From NCBI GenBank assembly GCA_964016885.1, contig OZ024743.1:364064001-364128000 (forward strand): DNA of 64,000 nt, written 5' to 3'. The notes under the pieces were generated by a model that saw nothing but the letters and a program-made list of their open reading frames with translations, ran no database searches and was not told where the DNA came from. A program made the translations under genes and the position numbers. Positions within the stretch are counted from its first letter, which is position 1, and each line of letters begins with the position of its first letter. The DNA comes from Eledone cirrhosa. Its lineage: Eukaryota. Positions 1-13,153 of the stretch are shown piece after piece.

Positions 1-406
1 TTTGTTCTTTTTAATTTTCTGATAATAGTTTTTCTGTTTTGGGGGATTCTGCACTTAGTTTTATTCACAGATCTTGGTGGGGTGTGTTTTTCACATATGT
101 TTGAAACGATATGTAAAGGTCTCTGGAACGAAGGATTTTTCTGTTGTAGTTTTAATCCAAATTTTATTTAACTAGATATGGGGTGTGTTTATTGTTGGGT
201 TGTATAAGAAAAAATTATATATATTGTATCTTGCCTTTCATATTGTGTGAATTAAGGTCTATTACACGAAATATTATTTGTGTTTATAATTAACTGCCTG
301 TTTGTATTTTGTGGTATGTTTTGGTTAGTTTAGGGTGTTTGCATTTTGTCATTGGGCAGAGTTTTAAAGGTGTATACACACACACACATTATATATATAT
401 ATATAT

Positions 407-570
407 AACGAAGGAAATGTGGTAAGGAACCAGTTGGACCATAACGCACCAAAGTACTCAATACTTAGGGTAGTAGAGTGGGTAATATGAACAAGTAGGA
501 CCCCGACGGCTGAGCTCAAGCCGTTTCGACCCAAAACGGCTTGAGCTCAGCCGTCGGGGTCCTACTTGTT

Positions 571-572
<2 letters not shown>
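407..572. repeat. Fold-back (head-to-head) pLTR-like element between (TA)n tracts; same family as 43177-43367
   Basis: Arms ~489-526 and ~534-571 are reverse complements; the left arm continues as an ~80-bp tail; near-identical copy at 43177-43367. Confidence 0.8.
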
Positions 573-620
<48 letters not shown>

Positions 621-753
621 CATTTTTGTAATCGGCAGAATTTTAAAGCTGTGTATATACACACTAACACATACACATTATATATATATATATATATATA
701 TACAATATATACAATATATTAATAAATGGAAACTATATTTATAAAACGATATT

Positions 754-819
754 TATTTTATTATATATATTTCAAGGGCAACCAAGGCAAATTATGGTGC
801 GCTTTCATCAGATAAAATA
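754..819 (-). ncRNA. Type I hammerhead ribozyme, canonical core (PLE pLTR family A)
   Basis: Minus strand reads tattttat-CTGATGA-stem II-GAAA-tatata-TA-ataaaata: 8-bp stem I, palindromic stem III. Confidence 0.85.
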
Positions 820-1099
820 CAGATTTGTTTTATAAATAAATATTGACATACCCGGAAAAAAGACAACCTTAACGGTTGGAGCTTCCTGGATAGTGGAGAT
901 AATATTTTATTGCGGGTAATACAAAGTTATGAGTGAGTATGCAAATGAGTGTCCGAAAAGTTGAAAAGATAACGGTTTATTTAAATTAAACTGTTGGAAG
1001 AGGATGATATGTAAGGGAGAGAGAGAAAAAGAAAAAAAGAAAAGGAAGGAGAAAGAGAGAAGAGGAAAGAAAGAACGATTATACATAGTGATATTGAAG

Positions 1100-2900
1100 A
1101 AAGTTAGAATGCATCAAAAGTTAGAATGCATCCAGCAGAAAGCATCAAAAGCACACAAGAACTGCTTCAATGGTTATCAACTGCCACTACTCTCCTCGTC
1201 CCTCAAAATAGCCAAACAACACTCGCTAAAGATTACCGCCCAATAGCCTGCCAGAACGTTCATCTACAATTTATACACTGTTCTTGCAGGAGCATTGTGC
1301 CACCAACAACATTATAACACCTGAGCAAGCTGGTGGAAAGAAGGAGGTGTGGGGCTCCTTAGAACAGCTACTAATTAATAAAATAATACAGGAAAAAACA
1401 GCAAAGAATTGCAGGAACATGATTGTGGTGTGGCTGGACTATCAGAAGGCTTTTGACAGTGTACCTCATGGGTGGATTATTAAGGCTTTACAGTTAGTCA
1501 AAGTCCCACAACCACTAGTAGCTCCTTTTGAACGCCTGACCAAGAATTGGTACACCAATTTGATCCTTAGAGGTGAGAAGTAGCAAATTTAGATCGATAC
1601 GATACATTACAAGAAAGGCATCTTTCGGGGTGATAGCTTATTAGTGCTACTCTTCGTCCTCTCATTAAATCCACTATCATACTTGCTCACAAAACAAAGT
1701 GGTCATAGAAGTGGGTCTAGAAGCGTCTCCTATCTTTTCTTTGTTGATGACCTGAAGTTGAATGGACCAAATACCAACTATATCAAAAAACAACTGGACC
1801 TCATTACACAATTTTCTACAGACATCAGAATTAAGGTTCGTGAGTCCAAATGTGCATATTTAATAGTAAAACGTGGAAGGGTTGTGCTCGCTTCTGTAAA
1901 TCTAGAGATGAACGGCTTGACAATACAACGCCTACAGTCAGGTGACAACTACAGATATCTTGGACAGGATGAGAATGTCAGATATGATGGACCCATAAAT
2001 AAGGAGAAAACCAAGGCTGAATACCTCAGGAGAGTAAAGAAAATATGGTCATCAAAGCTCTCAGCGTACAAGTACATTGGAGTTCCGACAAGTTTATAAC
2101 ATCTCACCTTGAAGGTTACTTTTGCTATGCCAATCCTAACACCAACATTTGGCTTACCGAACTGGTCATTGCAAGAACTAAGTGAGATGGGTGTAAGAAC
2201 TCGCAAGCTTCTCAATGTTACTGGAAACTTTAACATCAATGGTGATGTCGATAGGCTATACATCTCACGCAAGGAAAGTGGCCGAGGTCTAAAATCCATA
2301 TTGACATCATACGAGACCCAAATAGTAGCACTGAAGCAACATCTTCAACAGAAGAAAAGAGTCAGCAACCATCTTGCCCAGATTTATGAGAATGAACGAA
2401 ATAATATCATTAGGATAGCCACTGATCTGGAGGAGGGACATGGAATAAGGCCTTGTATAAATCTCTCTCCCAGGAATATTGGAAGATCCTATTCAATGCT
2501 CGAACAAGATAAGAAAATGGACCAATTAACAGAGAAAGTTGTGCATGGGTATCTGAGACGAAAAACACAGACCATAGAGGGGATAAATCATTCAAAAAGA
2601 CTGGCATGGAGTTCCGACAAGTTTACAACATCCACCCTTGAAAGAAAAATACAGAAGGATGACATCTACGGACCATTGATGGGGAGTTTGCAGATCCAGT
2701 ATCCAAGATACACTTTCAGCGTCATACCCATTATTATTGGAACTAAGGTTATGTACCAGCCCGCTTGGACCAAAGTATGGCTGAACTTGGATTTGTGGAC
2801 AAAGAGCGCAGCTCCCTAATTCATAGACTACAAATGGCCGCGATATCTGGCACCTTCAAAATTTGCAAAACATTCTTGCGATTCAAGGCAGGACCATAGC
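1100..2900 (+). mobile_element. Degenerate R4/Dong-like (restriction-like endonuclease) non-LTR retrotransposon, RT to C-terminus
   Basis: KDYRPIAC, EQAGGKK, WLDYQKAFDSVPH, GIFRGDSL, FFVDDLKL, DVDRLYISRKESGRGL, VIPIIIGT spread over several frames with stops. Confidence 0.85.
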
Positions 2901-3116
2901 TTAACGGCTATAAATTAATGTTTTGTCTCTCGTCTCTTACTCCACTGGACAGCGTTTGGCTTATGTCAGATGCTGTGACCCCGGATGGCAGCAGAACTGT
3001 TAGTAAGGGTCGAAACAGCCCAAGTTCATCTCAACGGCCGATGACTATGAAGTTCTGAGTCCTTCATTTGTATTTTTATTCTTTAAAATAATTTTTTAAG
3101 GCTCCCCCTTAAAAAA

Positions 3117-3173
<57 letters not shown>

Positions 3174-3401
3174 AAGCAGCAGCAGCAGCAGTAGCGGAGA
3201 CATAAATCTGAAGACGTCAGTAACCAAGTTGATAGGTAGTAGTAATGAATTGCCTTTCACAACTAAGATGCTGGTTTCAAGATGAAGAGGCGTCATAAGA
3301 TACTGTGTATATTGTGTATGTGTTGTGTCAGGTGTGTGTGTTATTTGTGTGAATGTCTATGTGTGTAATAGAAAGACTAGAAATAGCATACACATGTACA
3401 C

Positions 3402-3461
<60 letters not shown>

Positions 3462-4102
3462 ATTTCCGGACATATTTTTATCAACACGTTTATATATATG
3501 GATATATATAAATGTATATATATAGATATATATATATACACACACACACATATATATGTGTGTGTATATGTAAACATATATATATTTATATATATATATA
3601 ATCTGCATACATACGGGAGTGAATAAGAGAGAGAGAGGGAGAGCAACAGAAAGAGAGAGAGAGAGGGGAGAAGGAGGAGTTGTGATAGTGTGGAGACTGA
3701 GTTGTGGTTCAGACAGAATAAGAAAGAAACGGATATGCAAAGAAAACTGAGGTAATTGGAAGTCTAGATAAGGGTAGTAAGTAAGATGAGTGTAAGAGAT
3801 GGGTAGACCAACAAAAGTGACAACTTTAATTGCAATGTCAATAGCATCAGCAAATAGTGTCGCCATCTTTAGTGGTTCTGTTTGAGGCGGTAAAGATGGA
3901 AGTATAAAGGATGTTATGGAGAGATATGTTTTAGATACGCACAAATACACACATGCATTCCTACATTCATAAAGACCTATATACATTCAAATATATACAC
4001 ACATATTTACTTAGGAGGCTATAGATAAACAGACGTGGAGTTTGAAAAATAGATGTATGAATGGATGTGCAAATAGGGCAGATTACTTATCCACTACCCC
4101 AC

Positions 4103-4212
<110 letters not shown>

Positions 4213-5150
4213 CTTTTACCTGTTCCAGCCATCCGGTTGAAGCCATGCTTGGGCACCACCCATGTTGCTACACTTTCTATATCCAGCCTGAGTTGGCTGG
4301 CCATTGATGTCGGAGGAAGTTCGTTGCTGCTGCCCTTGGGCTACCTTCATTCCGTAATGTGGGTTTATCTGGGATCCTGGATAGCAGAGTGTCAAGATGT
4401 TTCTTGAAAACGTCCACTCCATGCAGATCTCTCAATACTCTTGGCAGCCTATTAAAGAGTTGGGGCCTTTGAACACCAGGCTATTGCAATATCTGCTCTT
4501 TTCTCTACATGTGAAAGACAGGACTTTTGTCACCACACAGTGACGTCCTGTTCGAGGATTGGTCCAGCTCCCTATGCTAAAGTTTGGTGCTAATCCTTCC
4601 AGGATCTTCTATATGTATATCACTGCGCATCTCTCCTGCCTTCGTTCCAAGGAGTAGAGTTTTAGTTCTTTTAGCCTCTCCCAGTTACTCATCTCCTTCA
4701 TCGTGGCAATCCTCTTGGTGTATCTTTGTTGGATTGTCTCAAGCTCCGTGATTAGTTTGATACTATGGTAGTTTACCGCTAGCCAGAGAACCTCTGAACA
4801 GGATCTTCAGTGATCTTACTAAGGCACGCTTACATATTTTTAGGAGGATTGCTGGTAATCCATCAGGTCCAGCAGCTGAGTTTCCTCTCGTTTATCCTAT
4901 GGCTGATATTGCATCTTCCTCCATTATGTTTATGTGGTCGATGGTATTCATTTCTCCGTGTAGTGTTGTGGCATCAAAGAATTCCCCTGGCTTTCTTATT
5001 TGCATGTGCCTCATTGGGGGTGTGAAAACACTTTTGTACTGTTCATTCAGTATCTCAGTTATCCCTTGAGGATCCTCGCTCAATGTGCCATTTTTATGGA
5101 AAATCTTGCAACGTACCAAGGCAGTCTCTTTTGCAAAATTTAAAGAAGGC
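4213..5150 (-). mobile_element. CR1-group LINE remnant: 3' end plus pre-RT piece, RT core deleted
   Basis: Minus strand: ITEILNEQYKSVFT, SAAGPDGLPAILLK, then a jump to ELETIQQRYTKRI...LKLYSLERRQER...GPQLFNRLP and a 3' tail ending GGTAAAAG. Confidence 0.75.
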
Positions 5151-5189
5151 CTTAGGGTTTGTTTTAATATTTTCTTTTTATATTACACT

Positions 5190-5250
<61 letters not shown>

Positions 5251-5568
5251 CCACCGATTTAAAAAAGGAGAAATAAGCGGGATCCGGACTATATATCTAT
5301 GTATCATATTACTGATTACACCACAGAACCTGTGTGAATCCGTCTGTTACAAAATAGGTTTTTAAATCGTATTCTTTCTGCTGATATTTTATTTTATTTC
5401 TTAAATGGTTCTAAACTGGTGCACATAACATCTATAACATCTAATATTACATAAGGTTTTGATGATTTAGTCATGAGGGAGGAGTGAGCATCACCTTTCT
5501 CGAATTTCCCGATATCTGTAGAAGGAATCCTTAAACTAGAGTAATCGCTCGAATGTTTGTATGTGTAA

Positions 5569-5599
<31 letters not shown>

Positions 5600-5619
5600 C
5601 GTGCGTGTAATTATATGTG

Positions 5620-5768
<149 letters not shown>

Positions 5769-5789
5769 AGCGTTGCTTAGTTCTTTGAA

Positions 5790-6335
5790 AACAATTAACA
5801 TGAATAACCTTGAGACTCGTCAATGAATCTACCGTCAACATTGATGACTGCTTCAATACAAGGTCTGAATTGTTGGTATGCCCGAATCAGATGATCTTTA
5901 TCTATTATGAACATTGTGCTAATTTTGGCGGGCTTTAGAGATGTTATAGTGCAATATGGGTGTTGATTGACTTCCCTCTCGACTAAGCCCCATACGTTAT
6001 AGCCCAACGAATTCAAAACTGGAGAGCTCAGAGGCCATATGCTTGTGGTGACATGATTGTGGGGATTGTAACTCATCCATTCTTGCGTCGTCTTGGCCTT
6101 ATGAGACGACATAGTCTTATTGGTAGACGTACGCATTCTAGCCAAAGCCTCACCACCCTCTCCAACACTTCCTTGTAGTCAACAGCATTGACCCTTAAGC
6201 TCTGAGGAAAGAGGTGAGGAACATGGCACCTCCTTCATTGCTCATGATTCCCATAACTAACACAGTTGCCGGAAACTTTGTGTGCATGATCATTGAAACG
6301 TCTTCAGGGTCTTTGCATAATCATCTGTCATTCCT
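5790..6335 (-). mobile_element. Tc1/mariner transposase C-terminal fragment (maT/DD37D-like), degenerate
   Basis: HTKFPATV, SHKAKTTQEWM, WPLSSPVLNSLGYNVW (degenerate WPPxSPDLNPLDY), FRPCIEAVINVDGRFI. Confidence 0.75.
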
Positions 6336-6836
6336 AAACTGTTAGTACCTTTGAAATACGTATAATAAAATAAATATGGTTTTGTAAAGATATTTTCGAT
6401 TTATTAATACTGTTAATATATATATATATATATAAATATGTATATATATATATGAATATATGTACGAATAAAATTTGTAGATCAGCGTCAAACAAAAATA
6501 AAACAAGTAAGATTGCTTACCAAAGTATTTTTCTCAACATGATCTTGTATGGGTTACAGTAATAGTGCAAAAAGAGGGATCAAATTATAGTTTTCCAGGT
6601 GGAAGATGATGGAGTAATAATGTATCAAAATATATAGGAAAAACAAACACTAGGCGTGAAGTATATATAGAAAAGAAGTAAAGAATTTTATCAAAGTTTC
6701 ATCCTTTAACACACGTTTCAATACAGTATAACTAATGCATGCACACTCACACACATACATACTTACATACATACTTTATACATACATATATACATACGTA
6801 CAAACATGCATACGCACACACACACACATATACATA

Positions 6837-6886
<50 letters not shown>

Positions 6887-7324
6887 CAAATTTCCAGTAC
6901 ACAATGAAGAAAATTTATTTTCTACACACACACACACACACATACACACACACACACAGTCTGTTCCCGCGTAGGGAGCAGGAATGGAATTTTTGCTTAC
7001 ACTCCTCAATATTGACACGCAATTTCGTCTACAAAGAGGTGCTATAGATGTTGGTGCAGGTGTTGGAGCTATGCCGTCTGGAAAACTGGTAGGTTCACCC
7101 ATAGCGGACAGATCTGATACCCAGCGGCATCAGGGCCACCATCTTGCAACTTTGGTCTACTAAATTCGCTATTGGAAGATTATTAACCCATCATTGATTG
7201 TCCAAAATGCTAATTGGTTCGTAACTTTTAATAACCGGTTCAACTGCTTTATGCACTTAATTGATAAGCTTATGCGCTTTCAAGCTACGTTTACCTGTTT
7301 GTAACTTTTCATAGCAAATGAACA

Positions 7325-7353
7325 AACCCGAGCAACGCCGGGCTAAACTGGTA

Positions 7354-7355
<2 letters not shown>
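7325..7355 (+). mobile_element. Helitron-like 3' terminus (subterminal hairpin then ...TAG)
   Basis: cccgagcaacgccggg hairpin followed by ctggtag; similar to the terminus at 28963-28992 on the minus strand. Confidence 0.5.
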
Positions 7356-7409
<54 letters not shown>

Positions 7410-7416
<7 letters not shown>

Positions 7417-7530
7417 TAACAGATTAAAGTTTAACCAAAGAATCGCTGCTTTCACCATTAACGGGATCTTATATATTTGATATATATTTAGCCTTATCGA
7501 GCCCTCTTTGGATTTTATTATTACTATTCC
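7410..7530. mobile_element. Inverted junction of two pLTR fragments of the 37435-40735 PLE family
   Basis: 7410-7470 is the reverse complement of 40580-40640; 7466-7520 matches 40660-40710 forward. Confidence 0.75.
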
Positions 7531-8084
7531 CTACCATATTATTATTCACTACCAATACATTAAATACTACATTTCTTCAGAATGATTTCAAAGTTCGAGA
7601 TGAAGTTGCTGCATCTTGCAGTAAAAAAAGGTTCCTACTGCGATCCACTCGGATTAAATGGCAACTGGACTTATAGAGGTGAGGTAGAAAAGATATATGT
7701 TGGAGGGACAGAGAGAGTATAAAACAAAATAATTAAAAACAATAACAAAATTAATTAAGTGAGAATTTACTTAAACATGCATGCACACTATATCTCCTTA
7801 TAATATGTAACCAGCAATTTCTCTGTCTGTCTGTCCGACAGTGGAAACACGTGCGCGCGTGGTTGCTATCTCTCTCTCTCTCTCTCCAGCTATCCCTCTC
7901 TTTTAGTCTGTCTGTTTCTCTCACTCTCACTCTTTCTCTTTGTAACACACTAACATTCCTCCCCTCTATCGCTGTGACGAATGGGGAGATGGAGGAGGAG
8001 GAGGAGGAGGAGAGAGTCACTTCGTCACTTCACCTCTGCCTTTCTTTCTCTCCCCTCTCACTCCCTCATTACGTACAGACATTA

Positions 8085-8280
8085 GGGCGGTGGATTGGCA
8101 GAATCTGTAGAGAGTCGGACACCATGCTTCATAGCATGGAGTTACGTCCCTTTACGGTCTGAGTTCAAATACCGCCGAGGTTAACTTTTCCTTTTATCCT
8201 CACGGGGTCGATAAAATAAAGTACCAGTAATGTACTGGTTAATTGCTGGCCTTGTGCCAAAAGTAGAAACAATTATTAGA
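8085..8280 (+). mobile_element. tRNA-derived SINE with Meta-like central domain
   Basis: A box-like GGTGGATTGGCAGAA, B box GAGTTCAAATACC, then GAGGTTAACTTTTCCTTTTATCCTCACGGGGTCGATAAAATAAAGTACCAG; copies at 10726 and 36610. Confidence 0.85.
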
Positions 8281-8394
8281 AACATTGCTTCATTTTTACA
8301 TATCTAAGCATTAGTAAAGTAACTAATAATTTCAAAAGTAATTTTTCAATTCCAATTGTTATGAACAGCAAAACATTAATAATAATTTTGTTCT

Positions 8395-8550
8395 AAGAAA
8401 TATATATACATTTCAGTGTGTGTAATATATATATATACACACACAGAAATAAATATACATTTCTGTGTGTGTAATATACATATATATATATACACACACA
8501 GAAATATATATATATACACACAGAAATATATATACATTTCTGTGTGTGTA

Positions 8551-8583
<33 letters not shown>

Positions 8584-8611
8584 GAAATATATATACATTT
8601 CTGTGTGTGTA

Positions 8612-8644
<33 letters not shown>

Positions 8645-8650
8645 TATATG
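8395..8650. repeat. Palindromic minisatellite (atttctgtgtgtgt...acacacagaaat units)
   Basis: About four tandem units whose halves are reverse complements. Confidence 0.8.
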
Positions 8651-8658
8651 GGCATTTC

Positions 8659-8696
<38 letters not shown>

Positions 8697-9201
8697 CTTC
8701 CCTAAAACTCAAATGTAGGTGCTACAGAAATATTACCTTCCCCTTCCTTTCTCCACTTTGGTACTACCAAGAGAAACATTGTCGCTATAGAAACATTACC
8801 TTCCCCTCTCCACTGACTTTGGTCACTGAGGCCGAGGGAATCGCTGGTTGCTATAGAGACACCTTGCACAAGCCAGAAGTAACCAGTTCGAGGCGGTTCT
8901 GACTTGACACCATGCCAAGGACCATTTGAAGATATATTTCCATCGTTATATCATAACGTTTATGTATCATAACGTTTATATTTCCGTCACTCATCTCTTT
9001 TTCTCCTTTTTCGTTTTAACATATATTTATTTCAAAGATTTCACCGTATAGATAACATATATATTTATACATGCATAAAAGACACACCGAGAGACGGTGA
9101 ACATGTGGTGCCGAAAACATTTCTCATCCAAATCTCAACAATATCAGTATATACACTAGATTTGCTAGCAGAAAACCGCCCACCGGGTGGTTTTCTGCTA
9201 G

Positions 9202-10728
9202 TCTCTATATATATAAAACGGTAGATGTCTGTCTGTGTGTGTTTTTGATTGTTATGCATTTCCACATTTCTCTACCGATTTTGATGATTTTTTTTCCAAT
9301 GTGCACCAAATCTACCAGGGCAGGTCAACGCGTAATTATTTTTGCCAAATATTTCCTGCTTCTATGAAAAAAAATCGATAAAACTAAATACATGCTGTAA
9401 CCCTCTCTCTTACACGATTCATTACTCTCACTACTACCATCAAAAATATATGAAACTACATACATGTTGCAACTCTCTTCAAAAGGTTCATCCTTTCCTC
9501 TACTCCACTCTCAATCTCCTCTGCAACTCTCTTTAAAAGGTTCATCACTCTCTCTACTCCCCCCTCAATCTCCTCTGCAACTCTCTTTAAAAGGTTACTG
9601 CCTCCGTCTACTACTCTATCAGCATTACAATTTAGAACAACGACAAAATTCTTTTGAAGGAACGTGACACAAACTTTGAAACGTAAGCAACACAACAACC
9701 ATAGCTTTACTCTCTCCGTCGCTCTTCCCTCTCTCTACAATAGATTATTCCCCCTCTCTATAATTTAACTGCTTTACTCTCTTCATGCTTCGAGGTTTAA
9801 CACTAGCTTCACTCTATCTGTCGCTCTTCTCTCTGTATATAATAGATCATTCCCCCTATTCGTTCGGGAATGCGAAAAAACTTTGATAATTAACAGCAAC
9901 AAACAGTCATAACGACACTCATACATCAAATATCAAAATTTAAAAAGCCGATAATACTAAATACATACTGCTCTCTCAACGTTACATTTTACATCAAATA
10001 ACAAATATTCAAAAGCAACAGATGAATTTATAAAACAACAAACTCTCTGTCGCTCTTCACTCCCAATATGACAACACTGCAGAGAGAGAAACAATGTATA
10101 TGATCAAATGGAGCATTCCGTATATTCCCCCTCTCTATAATTTAACTGCTTTACTCTCTCTGTCGCTCTTCACTCCCTATATGACAACACTGCAGAGAGA
10201 GAAACAATGTATATGATCAAATGGAGCGTTCCGTATATTCCCCCTCTCTATAATTTAACTGCTTTACTCTCTCTGTCGCTCTTCACTCCCTATATGACAA
10301 CACTGCAGTGGAGCGTTCCGTATTGACATACGGCTTATCTGGGGCATTTTCAATCGGCTTATTGCAAATAACAACCCGCAAAATAACACTTCATATAACC
10401 GATTAATGCTATAAACATATGAATCGGAATGTAACCCGTGAACTTTTTCCTGGGCAAAATTATTCGAACAGGCATGACCTCATTGCCAGAGTGTTCAAAC
10501 TGAAACTGGCTAAACTTTAATCAAAAAGGGTCAGGTATTTGGGGCTGTAAAATGTGACATGTTCACCGTCTAATGGCAAAAACGAGGGCTGCCACATGCT
10601 CACATTTTAATTTGGTTAGCTGATAAAATCAATTCAAGTGCCATAGACAGCTTCATTTCGGCTGAAATCCCTAACCCAGCAACTGACCAGGAATTACATG
10701 ACATCGTCAAATGTAACATGATTCATGG
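9202..10728 (+). mobile_element. Internally deleted Helitron: 5' TC terminus, internal tandem repeats, Rep (HUH) fragment
   Basis: 5' TCTCTATATATATAAAACGG; 113-bp tandem units (10070/10183/10296); 10440-10728 translates RHDLIARVFKLKL / WQKRGLPHAHILIWL / FISAEIPNP / IVKCNMIHG (Helitron Rep motifs). Confidence 0.85.
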
Positions 10729-10925
10729 TGGATTGGCAGTATCAGTAGAGGGTCGGACGCCATGCTTTCCAGCATAGTTACGTCCCTTTACGATCTGAGT
10801 TCAAATCCCGCCGAAGTTGACTTTGCCTTTCATCCTTACTGGGTCGATAAAATAAAGTACCAGTAATGGACTGGGTAATTGCTGGCCTTGTGCCTAAAGT
10901 AGAAACAATTATTATTATTATTACT
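10726..10925 (+). mobile_element. Meta-type tRNA SINE inserted into the Helitron Rep fragment
   Basis: Same sequence as 8085-8280; B box GAGTTCAAATCCC; (TTA)n tail. Confidence 0.85.
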
Positions 10926-11299
10926 ATATATATATATATATATATAAGAAAAAGAAACAGGGGCTGTGTAGTTGCTGGATAAGGTTTACTTATAAATAAG
11001 AGGAAAGCATGAATTTTCCATCATCAGTTGTCTGCTGGGGGTCATGGATATTTCTACGCATTAAAGACAAAAGATAAGATATCTTACCCCAGTGCGTCAA
11101 TAACTAAAGGTAGTTATTGGGGGGGGGGGGGAGAAAAAGTGTAACAAAAGGGGAAGGGGAAGAAAAAGGGAAAAACAGTGAAAAAAAAAGGGAAACAATA
11201 AACCGAAGAGGGAAACCCCAAGCACATGTGTGTGTGAGCAACTCAAAGAGAGAGAAAAAGTCCCAGATTTTCTTGGCGAGGGCAGTTGAGTTACTAAGC

Positions 11300-11880
11300 T
11301 TAGGGTTCTTAAATTAATATGAGTATATGTACCACCTTTTCTTTAAAAAATTGGAGGTTGCACCCGTATATCGATACATCCCCAAGTTAGTTTCGACCCC
11401 TGATTTGTAAACCATGTTCCTGTACATACACATTCCATTTAAGGGGCAGATGTTAGGACGCCGACAGTTACACTGCGTTCGTGCATAGTGTATAGGGTCA
11501 TTATTCGTATCCGCATGAATGGTGGTATGAGGGAGGCAATGTTTGATTCATACATTCGATATAAGGTCCATCCGAGAGGGTGGGTGTATCATTATTCGAT
11601 GTGGAGGGTTGGGAAATTGCTCTTACGGTCATTCCGATTGTAGAATCAGAGATCTGTTTCTGAACAGGTTGTAATTTACTGTCAAAGTCTCGGAGGCGTT
11701 TATTATTTAATGCTGTAATGAAGCTTCTAATGTTGGCTGTGGTAGAGTAGGATAGGCGGACTGTTTTCCATTTTAGGATTTTATGGGATTTATGTGTTGG
11801 AGGAAAACAATCATCGAGCAATCTAAAGAATTGTGTAACTAGATCGTTATGTGGAGGATTGAACCACAGATAGGACCTAC
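11300..11880 (-). mobile_element. PLE fragment: WFNPP linker, Cys motif and start of GIY-YIG endonuclease
   Basis: LWFNPPHN...LLDDCFPPTHKSHKI...VRLSYS, then NCRRPNICPLNGMC..NMVYKS...RYTGAT. Confidence 0.8.
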
Positions 11881-12020
11881 AGCGGTTTGATGACGATGTC
11901 ATCTCGGCTACGGAGGGAGCGGAGAGCGAGGAGTTCGCCCCGTGAGATGTTATGCCGTTTGGACCGATATATATATAGAGAGATACATATATATATAACC
12001 TCTGCGGATGAAATGGTTGA

Positions 12021-13153
12021 CTAGGGAAAGGGCCTGGGACTCAAAGTCAGCTCTCGGCTGCAGAGGCAGCGGATCCTGAGGAGTTGGGAGTAGGGAATAG
12101 AGTGTTTAGTGTGTGTAGGGTGGGAGCAGGTGAAGTCGAGGTAGGAGTGGGAGTCGGTGGGTTTGAAGAAGGCGGAGGTGACGAGGGAGTGGTGGGAGGG
12201 GTCGATGGCGACGAAGATGTCTAAGAAGTGGACGTAGGTGGTGGAGATAGAGGTGGTGAAGTGGAGGGAGGGGTGGAAGGAGCAGAAGAAGGAGAGAAAG
12301 GAGACGAGCTGTTCTCGGGTGAGGGTCGTGGCTCCGATACAGTCGTCGATGTAACGACCGTACAGTTCGGGCGTGGGGCCGGTGTACTGGACAAAGATTT
12401 GGGCCTCAACATGGCCAACGAAAAGGTTGGAATAGTTTGGGCCCATTCTTGTGCCCATGGCTACCCCCGTGACCTGTTGATAAAACTCACCCGAGAAGGA
12501 GAAGCAGTTGAGGGTGAGGACCAGCTCGGCGAGGCGAAGTAGGGTGGGGTGGAGGGGATGGGTGAGGCGTTAAGGTCAAGGTAGTGCTTGAGGGCACGTA
12601 GCCGTCGGTGTGGGGGATGACAGTATAAAACGACTTGATATCTAGGGTGAAGAGGAAGGGCTGTGGGCCGGGTGGGAAAGTGAAGGAGTCGAATAGGCGA
12701 AGGGCGTGGTTGGTGTCGGAGATGTGGGAGGGGAGGGTGGTGACGAGGGAGGCGAGGATGGAGTCAAGAAAGGCGGAGATGAGTTCGGTGGGGCAGTTGC
12801 AAGCGGAGACGATGGGGCGGCCGGGGTTGTCGGGTTTGGGGAGTTTGGGGAGGAAGTAGATAGTAGGGGTGCGGGGGGTGCGGACGATGAGGTGGGAAGC
12901 GGTGGGAGGGAGGAGACATGGTGTTGGACGTGGAGGAAACTTGTTGTTCGTAGAGGGGTGTGGGGTCGGAGGGAAGAGGGCGGTAGAAGAGGGGGTTACG
13001 GAGCTGCCTGAGGGCTTCAGTCGTGGAGAGGTCAGCGCGCCACACCACCACGGCGCCTCTCTTGTCCGCCGGTTTGATGACGATTTCATCTCGGCTACGG
13101 GGGGAACGGAGAGCGAGGAGTTCGCCCCGTGAGATGTTATGCTGTTTGGACCG

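Noticed and set aside
2960-3025. CAGATG…gaccc/gggtc-GAAAC hammerhead-like stretch after the R4-like element
   Set aside because: Core lacks A9, and no stem III/UH or stem I could be formed
11375-11460. Apparent minus-strand stem + GAAAC resembling a hammerhead 3' half
   Set aside because: No CUGANGA-like core, and the stretch is GIY-YIG coding sequence (CPLNGMC…VYKSGVET)
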